DNA of 64,000 nucleotides from an uncultured Methylophaga sp. (GCA_937877715.1 CALEHW010000054.1:982-64981); one strand, 5' to 3'. Positions 1-9,380 are shown, counted from the stretch's first letter. Program-made: numbers and translations. Notes: a model not told the origin generated them from the letters alone.

Positions 1-1297
1 CTCCCCAGTTAAAGAATCTGTCAATATCTGGTGCCTGAAAGGCTGAGTTGTAATTGGAGAATATTGAAAGATTCTCATTGATCCTGCTATTGATGCCGAT
101 ATCGTATGAGGAGAATTTATGATTATCATTTAATGCAGTGCCAGTAACAGGTGCATAAGTATAGTCAACATCCTCTTTTCGGCCGCCAAGAGAGATAGTT
201 ATGTTGTCAGTGCCATATTCTCCATGAACAAAATATCCAGCATTATTCTTTGTAGTTGTATTTGAGCCAATTTTTATTCTGTCACCAGCAAATTGCTGCA
301 TCCCGGCAATAATTCTGACCATATCCTGCTCATAGTTAATTGATGCCTCACTTGACTTGTAGTCATAATCAGCTCTTCCCCAACCATTGAGGTAGTTCGA
401 ATATTTGTCTTCTATTGAGTGATTAATAGATAGCTCAATATTGTCTGTAAGGCTAGTAATCAATCCGATAGTGGTTACATCAGTCTTAAATTCCTGGGGG
501 GTATATGCGTTCCCACCATTTTGTGATGGATCACTATTAAATTCACTCTCTGTAAGGCTCCCCACATAGCGGGTGTTGATCTTTGAATGATCTCTACCTA
601 AGGATAGCTCCAGAGAATCGGTTGGAAACAGGCGAAGCATAATTCGGGAATTGTTATTGTCTGAGTTATCATGATTTCCAGCGGTATCCGCTACGCTAAA
701 ACCATCATGGCTGGAATCGTCAGCAGATACTGAAAATGTAAAAAACTCTTCTGAGAGACCAGTAGAGAATGATGCCCTCTCTGCACCATGATTACCAAAT
801 TCCAGGCTAATGTTTGTAGTAGTGGCATCCTTTGTATATATTTGAATTGATCCGGCTGTTGCGCCATCACCATAGATTACAGATCCGCTGCCCTTGGTAA
901 TTTCAATTCTGCCGATGTTATTTAATGAGATTGAGCTAAGTAGTTGTGGGACCATATCAACATTGTTCATTCTTCTGCCATCAACAGTTATAACAACATT
1001 CTGGTAGCCATCTCCTATCCCGTATCCGCGCACATCAATCAACTGAGAGTATGGATTCCCATAACTGGGCATGATGGCTATTGAGGTATTCTGGTTGAGG
1101 AAGTCATAGAGTGAATCTGCACCAGATGATGCGATATCGTCTGATCCATATACTTCGGACGCATAAGTTGCCGCTGTATCTTCAGTTTCCACTTTGCTTG
1201 CTGTGACAATAATTGGTTCCAGTGGGGCTTGTGCGACTGTTACAGGTGCAATCAAAACTGCAGCCATTGTGGCTGTAAGGAAATAACTTAACTTCAT
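1..1297 (-). CDS. TonB-dependent outer-membrane receptor, probably cobalamin (BtuB-like); runs off the window start
   Basis: Read by hand (not in ORF track): ATG at 1297 with GGAG SD; MKLSYFLTATMAAVLIAPVTVAQAPLEPIIVTASK (signal peptide + TonB box), plug motifs IDVRGYG, VDGRR and RIEITKGSGSVIYG; lies behind a cobalamin riboswitch. Confidence 0.9.
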   Translation of the reverse strand, partial: MKLSYFLTATMAAVLIAPVTVAQAPLEPIIVTASKVETEDTAATYASEVYGSDDIASSGADSLYDFLNQNTSIAIMPSYGNPYSQLIDVRGYGIGDGYQNVVITVDGRRMNNVDMVPQLLSSISLNNIGRIEITKGSGSVIYGDGATAGSIQIYTKDATTTNISLEFGNHGAERASFSTGLSEEFFTFSVSADDSSHDGFSVADTAGNHDNSDNNNSRIMLRLFPTDSLELSLGRDHSKINTRYVGSLTESEFNSDPSQNGGNAYTPQEFKTDVTTIGLITSLTDNIELSINHSIEDKYSNYLNGWGRADYDYKSSEASINYEQDMVRIIAGMQQFAGDRIKIGSNTTTKNNAGYFVHGEYGTDNITISLGGRKEDVDYTYAPVTGTALNDNHKFSSYDIGINSRINENLSIFSNYNSAFQAPDIDRFFNWG

Positions 1298-1441
1298 GTT
1301 TCAAGTCTCCAGGTGCGCACTCCCGCGCATCGATCAAAAAAGCATAAAGCAGTGGGGGGTGATCAAGCAGTGAATGGTCTGAATTGGAGACTCAAAACTT
1401 ACTCGGATACCGCCCGCCGCGATATAGCCAACTTAGTCCTG

Positions 1442-1634
1442 GGCAGGTCTCCGGGCTTGTGAGTAATCTCTCTGGATCTGATTGGCCGCCTTCCCATGTT
1501 TCCACAGTGGCTGATTGGCCAACATTTATTCTCACTTACCGTTGCGGGGGCAGCGTTGGAATTGCACAAGGTGGTGCGCACCAAACTTCCCTTTTCACTT
1601 TTCTGTCAGAAAGATACAGAAAAGAACCCAAGGC
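1442..1634 (-). ncRNA. Cobalamin riboswitch
   Basis: Minus strand has AAAAGGGAA..GGTG, GCCCCCGCAACGGT, GCCACTG..GGGAAGG and the B12-box AGCCCGGAGACCTGCC in canonical order, upstream of a TonB receptor. Confidence 0.93.
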
Positions 1635-1663
1635 AGGGGACGAATGCTATAGAGAAAATGGAA

Positions 1664-2503
1664 TTAGGTCAAACCAGGAGTCTGTGGTTGCTGGCAGTTG
1701 GGGCATAGGTAACAGGGCTGCCCATTATGATTTTCCTTCTCAATGGTTGTCTGGCAGATCCTGCAAGGGAGCCCGTTACGGCGAAAGATCCAGAAGCGGC
1801 TTGATTCCTTGCTCTGTCCAGCATTCATCAGTGTCTCGGCCCGGTCTGGCAGGTAGGTGATTCCGCCGGTTTGGTAGGATTGACTGGGAAGATCAAGGAC
1901 CTGTTTTGCCAGGTGGTGGATCTGTTCCTTGCTGCAGTGGCGTGGTTTGGAGGATGGCAGAAGTTGGGTTAGAAACAGGATTTCACAGCGCAGGTAGTTA
2001 CCAAGCCCTGCAACAAATGATTGGTCGGTTAGAAAGCTACCAAGTTGTCGATTGTGAAATTTGGGACTGAGTAGTCTCTCTTCAATAGCGTCTATAGTCA
2101 GCGATGGATCAAACAGGTCGGGACCCAGCTTACTGAGGAAAGGGTGAGTGTCGATCCCTGTTTTTGTCAAAACTTCGATCTCTGATGCACTGTAGAGTAG
2201 TGCGCTTCCCCGGATGGTCTCTATTCGGATGCGTAGTTGTCGTTTGCTCTCTGAGGTTTCACCTGTTCGAAGGGTTACCCAGCGTCCGTAGAGTTGGTTG
2301 TGGCTATAGATAGTGAGGCCATTACCAAAGTGGGTCAGTATTGCTTTGCCGCGGGTTTCGATGCTGGTGATTTTCTCTCCAGTTAGTTTTGTCTCAAATT
2401 GCTGGAGGCGATCCAATCCAAACTGAATGGAAGTTGCTGCCTTTCCTGTGAGTACGGAGGAGATTTGATCAGCGGCACGACGAATTTCCGGCCCTTCGGG
2501 CAT
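1664..2503 (-). CDS. nei: Endonuclease VIII (Fpg/Nei DNA glycosylase)
   Basis: N-terminal MPEGPEIRRAAD, H2TH motif AGLGNYLRCEIL, C-terminal zinc finger CxxC..CPNCQ. Confidence 0.92.
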   Translation of the reverse strand: MPEGPEIRRAADQISSVLTGKAATSIQFGLDRLQQFETKLTGEKITSIETRGKAILTHFGNGLTIYSHNQLYGRWVTLRTGETSESKRQLRIRIETIRGSALLYSASEIEVLTKTGIDTHPFLSKLGPDLFDPSLTIDAIEERLLSPKFHNRQLGSFLTDQSFVAGLGNYLRCEILFLTQLLPSSKPRHCSKEQIHHLAKQVLDLPSQSYQTGGITYLPDRAETLMNAGQSKESSRFWIFRRNGLPCRICQTTIEKENHNGQPCYLCPNCQQPQTPGLT

Positions 2504-2531
2504 TGATATGGCTCCTTATTGATGGCGTGGT

Positions 2532-2559
2532 TTGACGCGGGGTGTCTACCAAGGATAAT
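2532..2559 (+). promoter_or_regulatory. Candidate sigma70 promoter of the btuC-like operon
   Basis: TTGACG(2532-37)-16 nt-GATAAT(2554-59), 9 nt before ATG 2569. Confidence 0.5.
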
Positions 2560-2568
2560 AGCCTCACT

Positions 2569-3558
2569 ATGGATCGTCTGCCTACCGTTTCCCGCAATAT
2601 CTTGGTGCTGCTTCTCTTTATGCTCTTTACACTCTGTTCGGCGCTATTGGCACTCAAGTTGGGGAGCAGTGATATTACATGGGGCGGTCTTTGGCAGATT
2701 TTGCTGGGAGAGGGGTCAGGAGTGCTCTCCACCGTGGTATGGGAGTTGCGGATCCCCCGGATTGTGGCCGCCTTTGTGGTGGGGGGGCTGCTTGCCCTTT
2801 CTGGGCTGTTGATGCAGGTTCTGTTGCGTAACCCACTGGCTGACCCTTATGTGTTGGGGGTCTCTGGCGGTGCAGCAGTAGCAGCGTTACTAGTATTAAT
2901 GGGCGGGGTATCGGTTGCATGGATGGCGCCTGCCGCTTTTGGCGGGGCACTTCTCTCGATGGTTCTGGTCTTTGGGCTGGCGCGGCTGCGTGGCAGCCAG
3001 GATCCAATGCGATTGCTGCTGACCGGGGTAATGATAGCGGCAGGGTGGGGTGCGTTGATAACTTTTCTGTTGGCAGTCAGCCCTGACCGTGCATTACGTG
3101 GAATGGTGTTTTGGTTGATGGGAGATCTGGGGCAGCCATTGCTTCCGCGTTGGGAGCTGCTGATACTGCTTGTTGGGGTGGCTGCCACCCTGTTACTGGC
3201 TCGTGAGATCAATGTCCTGGCGCGTGGTGGCGTGCAGGCGGCTGCCTTTGGGGTCTCGGTGGAGCGCCTGCGTGGGATTCTGTTTCTGGTTGCATCCTTG
3301 CTGACTGCAACTGCAGTCACTCTGGCTGGGAGTGTCGGTTTTATCGGTCTGGTGGTTCCACATATGATTCGGCTGATGGGTATCTCTGACCACCGTCTTC
3401 TGATTCCCGCCTCCGTGCTGTTTGGAGGGGGGGTATTGATTCTCTCTGATGCTGTTGCCCGTACCCTGCTGGCACCACAACAGCTGCCGGTTGGTGTGGT
3501 GACGGCGATGGTTGGGGTGCCGCTCTTCCTCTATCTGTTGCAGCGGAGCAGTCGATGA
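2569..3558 (+). CDS. FecCD/BtuC-family ABC permease (cobalamin/iron chelate)
   Basis: LRIPRI, LLRNPLADPYVLGVSGGA, GFIGLVVPH and LPVGVV motifs; start at ATG 2569 preferred over GTG 2542. Confidence 0.9.
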   Translation: MDRLPTVSRNILVLLLFMLFTLCSALLALKLGSSDITWGGLWQILLGEGSGVLSTVVWELRIPRIVAAFVVGGLLALSGLLMQVLLRNPLADPYVLGVSGGAAVAALLVLMGGVSVAWMAPAAFGGALLSMVLVFGLARLRGSQDPMRLLLTGVMIAAGWGALITFLLAVSPDRALRGMVFWLMGDLGQPLLPRWELLILLVGVAATLLLAREINVLARGGVQAAAFGVSVERLRGILFLVASLLTATAVTLAGSVGFIGLVVPHMIRLMGISDHRLLIPASVLFGGGVLILSDAVARTLLAPQQLPVGVVTAMVGVPLFLYLLQRSSR

Positions 3559-4325
3559 TGCCGATTCTCTCTGCCAACGCCCTGTCGCTCTCGATTAATG
3601 GAAAAGATGTCTGTAACGGGCTGGACTGGGCAGTTAATTCCGGGGAGGTCTGGGGTGTATTGGGTGTTAACGGTGTGGGGAAAAGTACCCTGCTTCATGC
3701 CCTCTCTGGATTGTATCCAGTTGATTCTGGTGAGCTCGGGTTGAGTGGAGAGCTTATTGATCAGATGCGGCGCAGGGAGGTTGCCAGGATGGTGGGTCTA
3801 CTATTCCAGCATCAGGATGATATTTTCCCAACAACTGTGGAGGAGATGGTGCGAATGGGTCGTCATCCCCATACCTCATTGTTGCGAGGTGAGCAGACAG
3901 AGGATCTGGATATAGTTCAACAGATAATGGTGCAGATGGGGCTCTCTGGAATGGAGGGGCGTCTGGTCGATACCCTCTCTGGAGGAGAGCGTCGTCGGGT
4001 TGCAATCGCCACTCTCTTGGCGCAGCAACCAAAGCTCTATCTGTTGGATGAGCCTGAGGCACATCTTGATCCAAGGTATCAGCAAGAAATTCTTACTCAT
4101 GTTGTGCAAGAGACAGCAGAGCGCAGAGCGGCACTTGTAATGGTGTTGCATGATATAAATCTGGCTATTCACCACTGCACACATCTGCTGATGTTGATGG
4201 GTGATGGCATAGTGGAGCAGGGAGATGTTGAGACGATGATCTCTACGGATCGGGTAGGGCGGCTCTATGGAACTGAAATGACCCGAATTGAGGAGGGGGG
4301 GCGTATAGCCTATCTTCCATGCTAA
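3555..4325 (+). CDS. ABC transporter ATP-binding subunit (BtuD/FecE-like)
   Basis: Walker A GVNGVGKST, LSGGE signature, LLDEP Walker B. Confidence 0.9.
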   Translation: MMPILSANALSLSINGKDVCNGLDWAVNSGEVWGVLGVNGVGKSTLLHALSGLYPVDSGELGLSGELIDQMRRREVARMVGLLFQHQDDIFPTTVEEMVRMGRHPHTSLLRGEQTEDLDIVQQIMVQMGLSGMEGRLVDTLSGGERRRVAIATLLAQQPKLYLLDEPEAHLDPRYQQEILTHVVQETAERRAALVMVLHDINLAIHHCTHLLMLMGDGIVEQGDVETMISTDRVGRLYGTEMTRIEEGGRIAYLPC

Positions 4326-5158
4326 TCCGTTATCTTTTGCTTCTGTTTTGGGTAGTGCCACTACAGGCACAGCCGCCGGCAGAGCGAATTATTAGTCTTG
4401 CTCCCCATATTACCGAGATTCTCTTTGAGATTGGTGCCGGAGAGCAGGTTGTTGGTACGGTCAATTATAGTGACTATCCACAGGAGGCAACCCTGATTCC
4501 GGAGGTTGGGGGATACAATCGCCTTGACCTGGAGAGGATCATTCAGCTTCATCCTGATTTGGTTTTGGGGTGGCATAGTGGTAACAGCTATATTGAGATT
4601 GAGCGGTTGAGGTCGCTGGGGTTACGGGTTGTCATTACGGAGCCACGACAGCTGGGAGATGTTGCTGGCCTGATGGAGCAGTATGGACAGCTTGTTGGGA
4701 GAGAGGAGCTGGCCAGTCAACAGGCAGATCGCTACCGTAAGGGGCTACAACAGCTTCGTGATAAGTATCAGCATCAAGCCCCGCTGATGGTCTTCTATCA
4801 GGTCTGGAACAGCCCATTAATTACAGTTAATGGAGAGCAGATCATCAGCAATGCAATAGAGCTCTGTGGGGGGGTTAATGTATTCGCGTCACTGGATACC
4901 CTATCCCCACAGATTGGTATAGAGGCGGTTCTTGAGAAAAACCCAGAGGTAATTATTGCCAGTGGAATGGATGAGTCACGGCCTGAGTGGCTTGATGAGT
5001 GGAATCGTTACCCGGTTTTGCGGGCTGTAGAGAGGCAGAATCTCTACCATGTGCCCCCCGATATTCTGCAACGACATGGGCCAAGATTGATAAAGGGGGT
5101 GGAGGCGCTGTGTCGGGTATTGACTCTTACTAGAGCAAAAGACCAACCGCAATATTAG
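4319..5158 (+). CDS. btuF: Periplasmic cobalamin-binding protein (BtuF-like)
   Basis: Signal peptide, RIISLAPHITEILF, SDYP and NPEVII motifs; operon context with a B12 riboswitch nearby. Confidence 0.8.
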   Translation: MLIRYLLLLFWVVPLQAQPPAERIISLAPHITEILFEIGAGEQVVGTVNYSDYPQEATLIPEVGGYNRLDLERIIQLHPDLVLGWHSGNSYIEIERLRSLGLRVVITEPRQLGDVAGLMEQYGQLVGREELASQQADRYRKGLQQLRDKYQHQAPLMVFYQVWNSPLITVNGEQIISNAIELCGGVNVFASLDTLSPQIGIEAVLEKNPEVIIASGMDESRPEWLDEWNRYPVLRAVERQNLYHVPPDILQRHGPRLIKGVEALCRVLTLTRAKDQPQY

Positions 5159-5192
5159 GATATTCTTATAAAGTTATAGTTAAAACAATAAG

Positions 5193-5221
5193 TTGACACA
5201 TGCCTTGTTAATGACTATATT
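5193..5221 (+). promoter_or_regulatory. Near-consensus sigma70 promoter
   Basis: TTGACA(5193-98)-17 nt-TATATT(5216-21). Confidence 0.75.
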
Positions 5222-5227
5222 GACCGT

Positions 5228-5360
5228 CCGCGTATTGGAGGAGTATTTGAACAGTACCGGTGTACTAAAGAAAAATAACAAACAGATTACAATAATAATA
5301 ACCATTAAAGGGTAATATTGCGGCTTCCGAAAGAGATTTCAGAAGCCGTTTTTATTTTTT
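5228..5360 (+). ncRNA. Candidate small RNA / short leader transcript (contains a 22-codon ORF, 5247-5315)
   Basis: Bounded by a consensus promoter and an intrinsic terminator; A-rich AAnAAnAA tracts; GGAGG SD + TTG ORF MNSTGVLKKNNKQITIIITIKG. Confidence 0.5.
5321..5360 (+). terminator. Rho-independent terminator
   Basis: CGGCTTC-c-GAAA-gaga-TTTC-a-GAAGCCG followed by TTTTTATTTTTT. Confidence 0.85.
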
Positions 5361-5392
5361 GGCGGCCCATCCCTGCGGTATCATAGTGCTCC

Positions 5393-8300
5393 ATGACTGG
5401 CACCATCCATCCAATCCATAGAATCCGTGAGATTCCATATAACTACACCTCTTTTTCGGATCGGGAGATTATCATCCGCTTTCTTGGTGAGGAGATGTGG
5501 GATGTGCTTAATGAGCTGAGAGGACAGCGCCAAACTGGGCGCTCCGCTCGCATGCTGTTTGAGGTGTTGGGTGATATCTGGGTGGTGCGCCGTAACCCCT
5601 GCATCCAGGATGACCTGATTGAGAATGTGGGGCGGCGAAATTCGTTGATTCATGCGCTCAACCACCGCCTTGACCAGATTGTCAGCCGTGCAGATGGTAA
5701 TGAGCTGGCCCTACAGTTGGCCGAAAAGACCCGTGAGGCAGTGGATGAGTTTGAGTCCTGGATAGGTTCTCAGTCTGGTCTGCGCAAGCGGACGTTACGA
5801 GAGCTCTCACGGGTAACCCGCAGGGACAATATTCAGTTTGATGGGCTGGCTCGTGTCTCTCATGCAACGGATGCCTCGGATTGGCGTGTTGAGTTCCCCT
5901 TTATTGTGGTCACCCCCGACAGCGAACAGGAGGTGCGGGATGTGGTGGAGGTATCCATCAGGTTGGGGCTGACAGTAATTCCACGTGGCGGTGGTACCGG
6001 CTACACCGGCAGCGCAGTGCCGCTGGAGGCCAGCAGTGTGGTCATCAATGTCGAGCGGCTAGAGAAGCTTGGCCGGGTGGTGGAGCAGAAAATTGAGGGG
6101 GTGGCAGAGCCGGTTGCAACTGTTGCGGTAGAGGCAGGGGTAGTTACCAGGCGGGTAAGTGAGCTGGCAGATGGTGCCGGGCTGGCCTTTGCAGTTGACC
6201 CAACCTCACAGGATGCATCCACTATTGGCGGCAATATTGCGATGAATGCTGGAGGCAAAAAGGCTGTTCGTTGGGGTACGACGCTGGATAATCTGGTCTC
6301 CTGGAAGATGGTTACCCCGCAGGCAGATTGGCTGGTGGTTGAGCGTCTCAACCATAATCTAGGGAAGATACATGACCAGCCCTATGCAGAGTTTCAGGTG
6401 CAGCGATTCGAGAAGGATGGCAAGACCAGAAAGGGCGAGTCAGAGTTATTGCGGATTCCATCTGCACAGCTACGTAAACCAGGGTTGGGCAAGGATGTTA
6501 CCAACAAGTTTCTGGCCGGCCTGCCCGGAGCACAGAAGGAGGGGTGTGACGGACTGATCACCTCAGCAGTTTTTATTCTCAACCAGCAGTCTCCAGAACT
6601 GCAGACACTATGTCTTGAGTTCTTTGATCCAGATCTCCATATGGCGGTTCCGGCAATTGTTGAGACTATAGATATTCTGGAGAGGAGCCCAGGAGTGGTG
6701 CTTGCAGGTCTGGAGCACCTTGATGAGCGCTATGTAAAGGCAGTGAAATACAGTACTAAGGCGGCTCGCCCTGACCTGCCGAAGATGGTTCTGTTGGCAG
6801 ATATTGGTGGGGAAGATGAGGAGTCACTATCGGCTGCGATTGAGGCAGTAATTGATGCAGCCAAGGCGCGTGGCGCGGAGGGCTTTGTTGCAATTAGTCC
6901 GGAGGCTCGACGCAATTTCTGGCTGGATCGGTCACGTACCGCAGCCATTGCGGCGCATACCAATGCATTCAAGATCAATGAGGATGTAGTGATCCCGCTT
7001 GATCGACTGGCTGATTACGGTGATGGAATAGAACGTATCAATATTGAGCAGTCAATCCAGAACAAACTGAGCGGAATGGGGCAGCTGCGGGATTTGGTGC
7101 AGCAGGCTACCCAGCTGAGTTCACGCAGTGATAATAGTGAAGAGCATCAACAGATTCTTGCATCCAAACAGGTTGCAGCAGAGGAGTTGCTGGAGCAGGT
7201 TGAGAGCCGTTGGCAGCTACTGCTAAAGGAGATGGACAGCAGTTATGGAACACTACCAATCGAGCTTGATCCATCCTTATCTACCGAACGCACACTGTTC
7301 CGGTTGCTGCAGCGACGGGAGCTACGGGTATCCTGGAAAAGGGAGGTGGAGCGACCACTGAAAGAGATCTTCTCTGGGCGGGAGATGGAGGCCCTACGCA
7401 GCAGATTTGATGAGCTCCATTCAGAGGTTAAATCACGTCGTCTCTTCGTCGCAACCCATATGCATGCAGGGGATGGAAACGTCCACACCAACATTCCTGT
7501 CCACTCTAATAACTACGAGATGCTTCAGGAGGCGGAGCGGATTGTGGATCGCATCATGGAGTTGGCCCAGGAGCTGGGCGGGGTGATCTCCGGGGAGCAT
7601 GGAATTGGTCTGACCAAGATTCACTATCTGGACCAGAAGGAGATTGATGCATTCAAGGGGTATAAGGAGAAGGTGGACCCAGAGGGGCACTTCAATCGTG
7701 GCAAGCTTATGGCCGGTTCCGGTCTGGAGGATGCCTACACCCCATCATTGCAACTGTTGGCACAGGAGGCACTGATCCTGGAAGCTAATGATCTGGGCGG
7801 CCTCAATCAGATGGTCAAGGATTGTCTGCGCTGTGGGAAGTGCAAGCCGGTCTGTACCACCCATGTCCCGGCAGCCAATCTGCTCTACTCCCCACGCAAC
7901 AAGATTCTTGCAACCGGCCTGATGATTGAGGCGGTGCTCTACGAGGAGCAGACCCGTCGCGGGATCTCACTACGTCATTTTGAGGAGATGAACGATGTAG
8001 CAGACCACTGCACCATCTGTCATCGTTGTGTAACGCCATGTCCGGTCAATATTGACTTTGGTGATGTAACGATACAGATGCGTACTATCCTAAAGCGTCA
8101 GCGCAAGCGTTGGTTCAAGCCTGTTGGCTGGATCTCCATGCAGTTCCTCAATGTGACCGATCCACGCCTGATTAAAGTGATGCGCACCGGACTGGTAACC
8201 TGGAGCTATGCGCTACAGAGGTTGGGTCACCAGCTTATGCGCGGTGCAGGACTGCTGAAATGGCAGATGCGGCCCTCTGCCACAACTGGCAAGCCGGCGA

Positions 8301-9208
8301 TCAGGGGGCAGGTGGTTCAATTCTTCCATCGGCCCATGCCGGGAAGTATGGCCCAGAAGAGCCCCAGGGCACTATTGGGCATTGAGGATCGAAGATATAT
8401 TCCGGTCCTGAGAAACCCGGAGACCACCTCAACAGAGTCTGAGGCGGTTTTCTACTTCCCGGGTTGCGGCTCTGAACGCCTCTTTGGCGAGGTAGAGATG
8501 GCAACGCTTAGTATGCTCTATGAGCAGAATGTGCAGACAGTGCTGCCACCTGGATACCTCTGTTGTGGCTATCCGCAGCGGGCATCAGGTGATGAGGAGA
8601 AGGGACATCAAATCTCGATGGGCAACCGTATCCTCTTCCACCGTATCGCCAACACCCTCAACTACCTCGATATTAAAACTGTACTAGTCTCCTGTGGCAC
8701 CTGTATGGATCAGCTGATGCAGTACGAATTTGAGAAGATATTCCCTGGCTGTCGGTTGCTCGATATCCACGAATACCTACTGGAGAAGGGGGTCAGATTG
8801 GAGGCAAATGGCGAAAAATACCTCTTCCACGATCCGTGCCATAGCCCGATGAAGCAGCTTGATCCGATCAAGGTGGCATCAGGGCTGACCGGTTCTGAGG
8901 TACATCTATCTGATCGATGTTGTGGCGAGTCTGGTACCTTTGCCGTCACCCGCCCCGATATTGCAACCCAGGTGAAGTTCAGAAAAGAGCAGGAGCTGAA
9001 AAAGGATATCGGTGAGCTTGGCAGTGTAGGGAAGATTCTTACATCTTGCCCATCCTGCCAGCAGGGGCTGATTCGATATCAGGAGAGCACTGGGCTTGAG
9101 GTGGACTATCTGGTAATGGAACTGGTGAAGAAGCTACATGGCAAACAGTGGCAGCAGCAGTTTCTGGACAAGGTAAATGGGGGCGGCATAGAGCAGGTGC
9201 TGTTGTAG
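5393..9208 (+). CDS. Large FAD-binding/Fe-S oxidoreductase (GlcD-like + ferredoxin + CCG domains; DUF3683-type N-terminus)
   Basis: PRGGGTG, HAGDGNVH and SGEHGIG (FAD-linked oxidase); CLRCGKCKPVC and CTICHRCVTPCP; CCG-domain motifs YFPGC/CCG/HDPCH/SCPSC. Confidence 0.88.
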   Translation: MTGTIHPIHRIREIPYNYTSFSDREIIIRFLGEEMWDVLNELRGQRQTGRSARMLFEVLGDIWVVRRNPCIQDDLIENVGRRNSLIHALNHRLDQIVSRADGNELALQLAEKTREAVDEFESWIGSQSGLRKRTLRELSRVTRRDNIQFDGLARVSHATDASDWRVEFPFIVVTPDSEQEVRDVVEVSIRLGLTVIPRGGGTGYTGSAVPLEASSVVINVERLEKLGRVVEQKIEGVAEPVATVAVEAGVVTRRVSELADGAGLAFAVDPTSQDASTIGGNIAMNAGGKKAVRWGTTLDNLVSWKMVTPQADWLVVERLNHNLGKIHDQPYAEFQVQRFEKDGKTRKGESELLRIPSAQLRKPGLGKDVTNKFLAGLPGAQKEGCDGLITSAVFILNQQSPELQTLCLEFFDPDLHMAVPAIVETIDILERSPGVVLAGLEHLDERYVKAVKYSTKAARPDLPKMVLLADIGGEDEESLSAAIEAVIDAAKARGAEGFVAISPEARRNFWLDRSRTAAIAAHTNAFKINEDVVIPLDRLADYGDGIERINIEQSIQNKLSGMGQLRDLVQQATQLSSRSDNSEEHQQILASKQVAAEELLEQVESRWQLLLKEMDSSYGTLPIELDPSLSTERTLFRLLQRRELRVSWKREVERPLKEIFSGREMEALRSRFDELHSEVKSRRLFVATHMHAGDGNVHTNIPVHSNNYEMLQEAERIVDRIMELAQELGGVISGEHGIGLTKIHYLDQKEIDAFKGYKEKVDPEGHFNRGKLMAGSGLEDAYTPSLQLLAQEALILEANDLGGLNQMVKDCLRCGKCKPVCTTHVPAANLLYSPRNKILATGLMIEAVLYEEQTRRGISLRHFEEMNDVADHCTICHRCVTPCPVNIDFGDVTIQMRTILKRQRKRWFKPVGWISMQFLNVTDPRLIKVMRTGLVTWSYALQRLGHQLMRGAGLLKWQMRPSATTGKPAIRGQVVQFFHRPMPGSMAQKSPRALLGIEDRRYIPVLRNPETTSTESEAVFYFPGCGSERLFGEVEMATLSMLYEQNVQTVLPPGYLCCGYPQRASGDEEKGHQISMGNRILFHRIANTLNYLDIKTVLVSCGTCMDQLMQYEFEKIFPGCRLLDIHEYLLEKGVRLEANGEKYLFHDPCHSPMKQLDPIKVASGLTGSEVHLSDRCCGESGTFAVTRPDIATQVKFRKEQELKKDIGELGSVGKILTSCPSCQQGLIRYQESTGLEVDYLVMELVKKLHGKQWQQQFLDKVNGGGIEQVLL

Positions 9209-9380
9209 GTGATCTAATGGGTAAGAACAGCCATAAAGAGATCTTCATTATCCTGTGGTATCGTTAGGGACGGAACAGGGCGAGTTTCTTGATTGTGTCG
9301 AAATTCATAGAATAAGAAGGTTTGGTCTGGTGCTATACGGAATCCGCATATTACATATTTTAGAGATTCCGCATAATATA

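Noticed and set aside
1384-1860. 158-aa plus-strand ORF and other short ORFs over the riboswitch and nei
   Set aside because: Antisense to a riboswitch and nei, with no recognisable motifs; shadow ORFs
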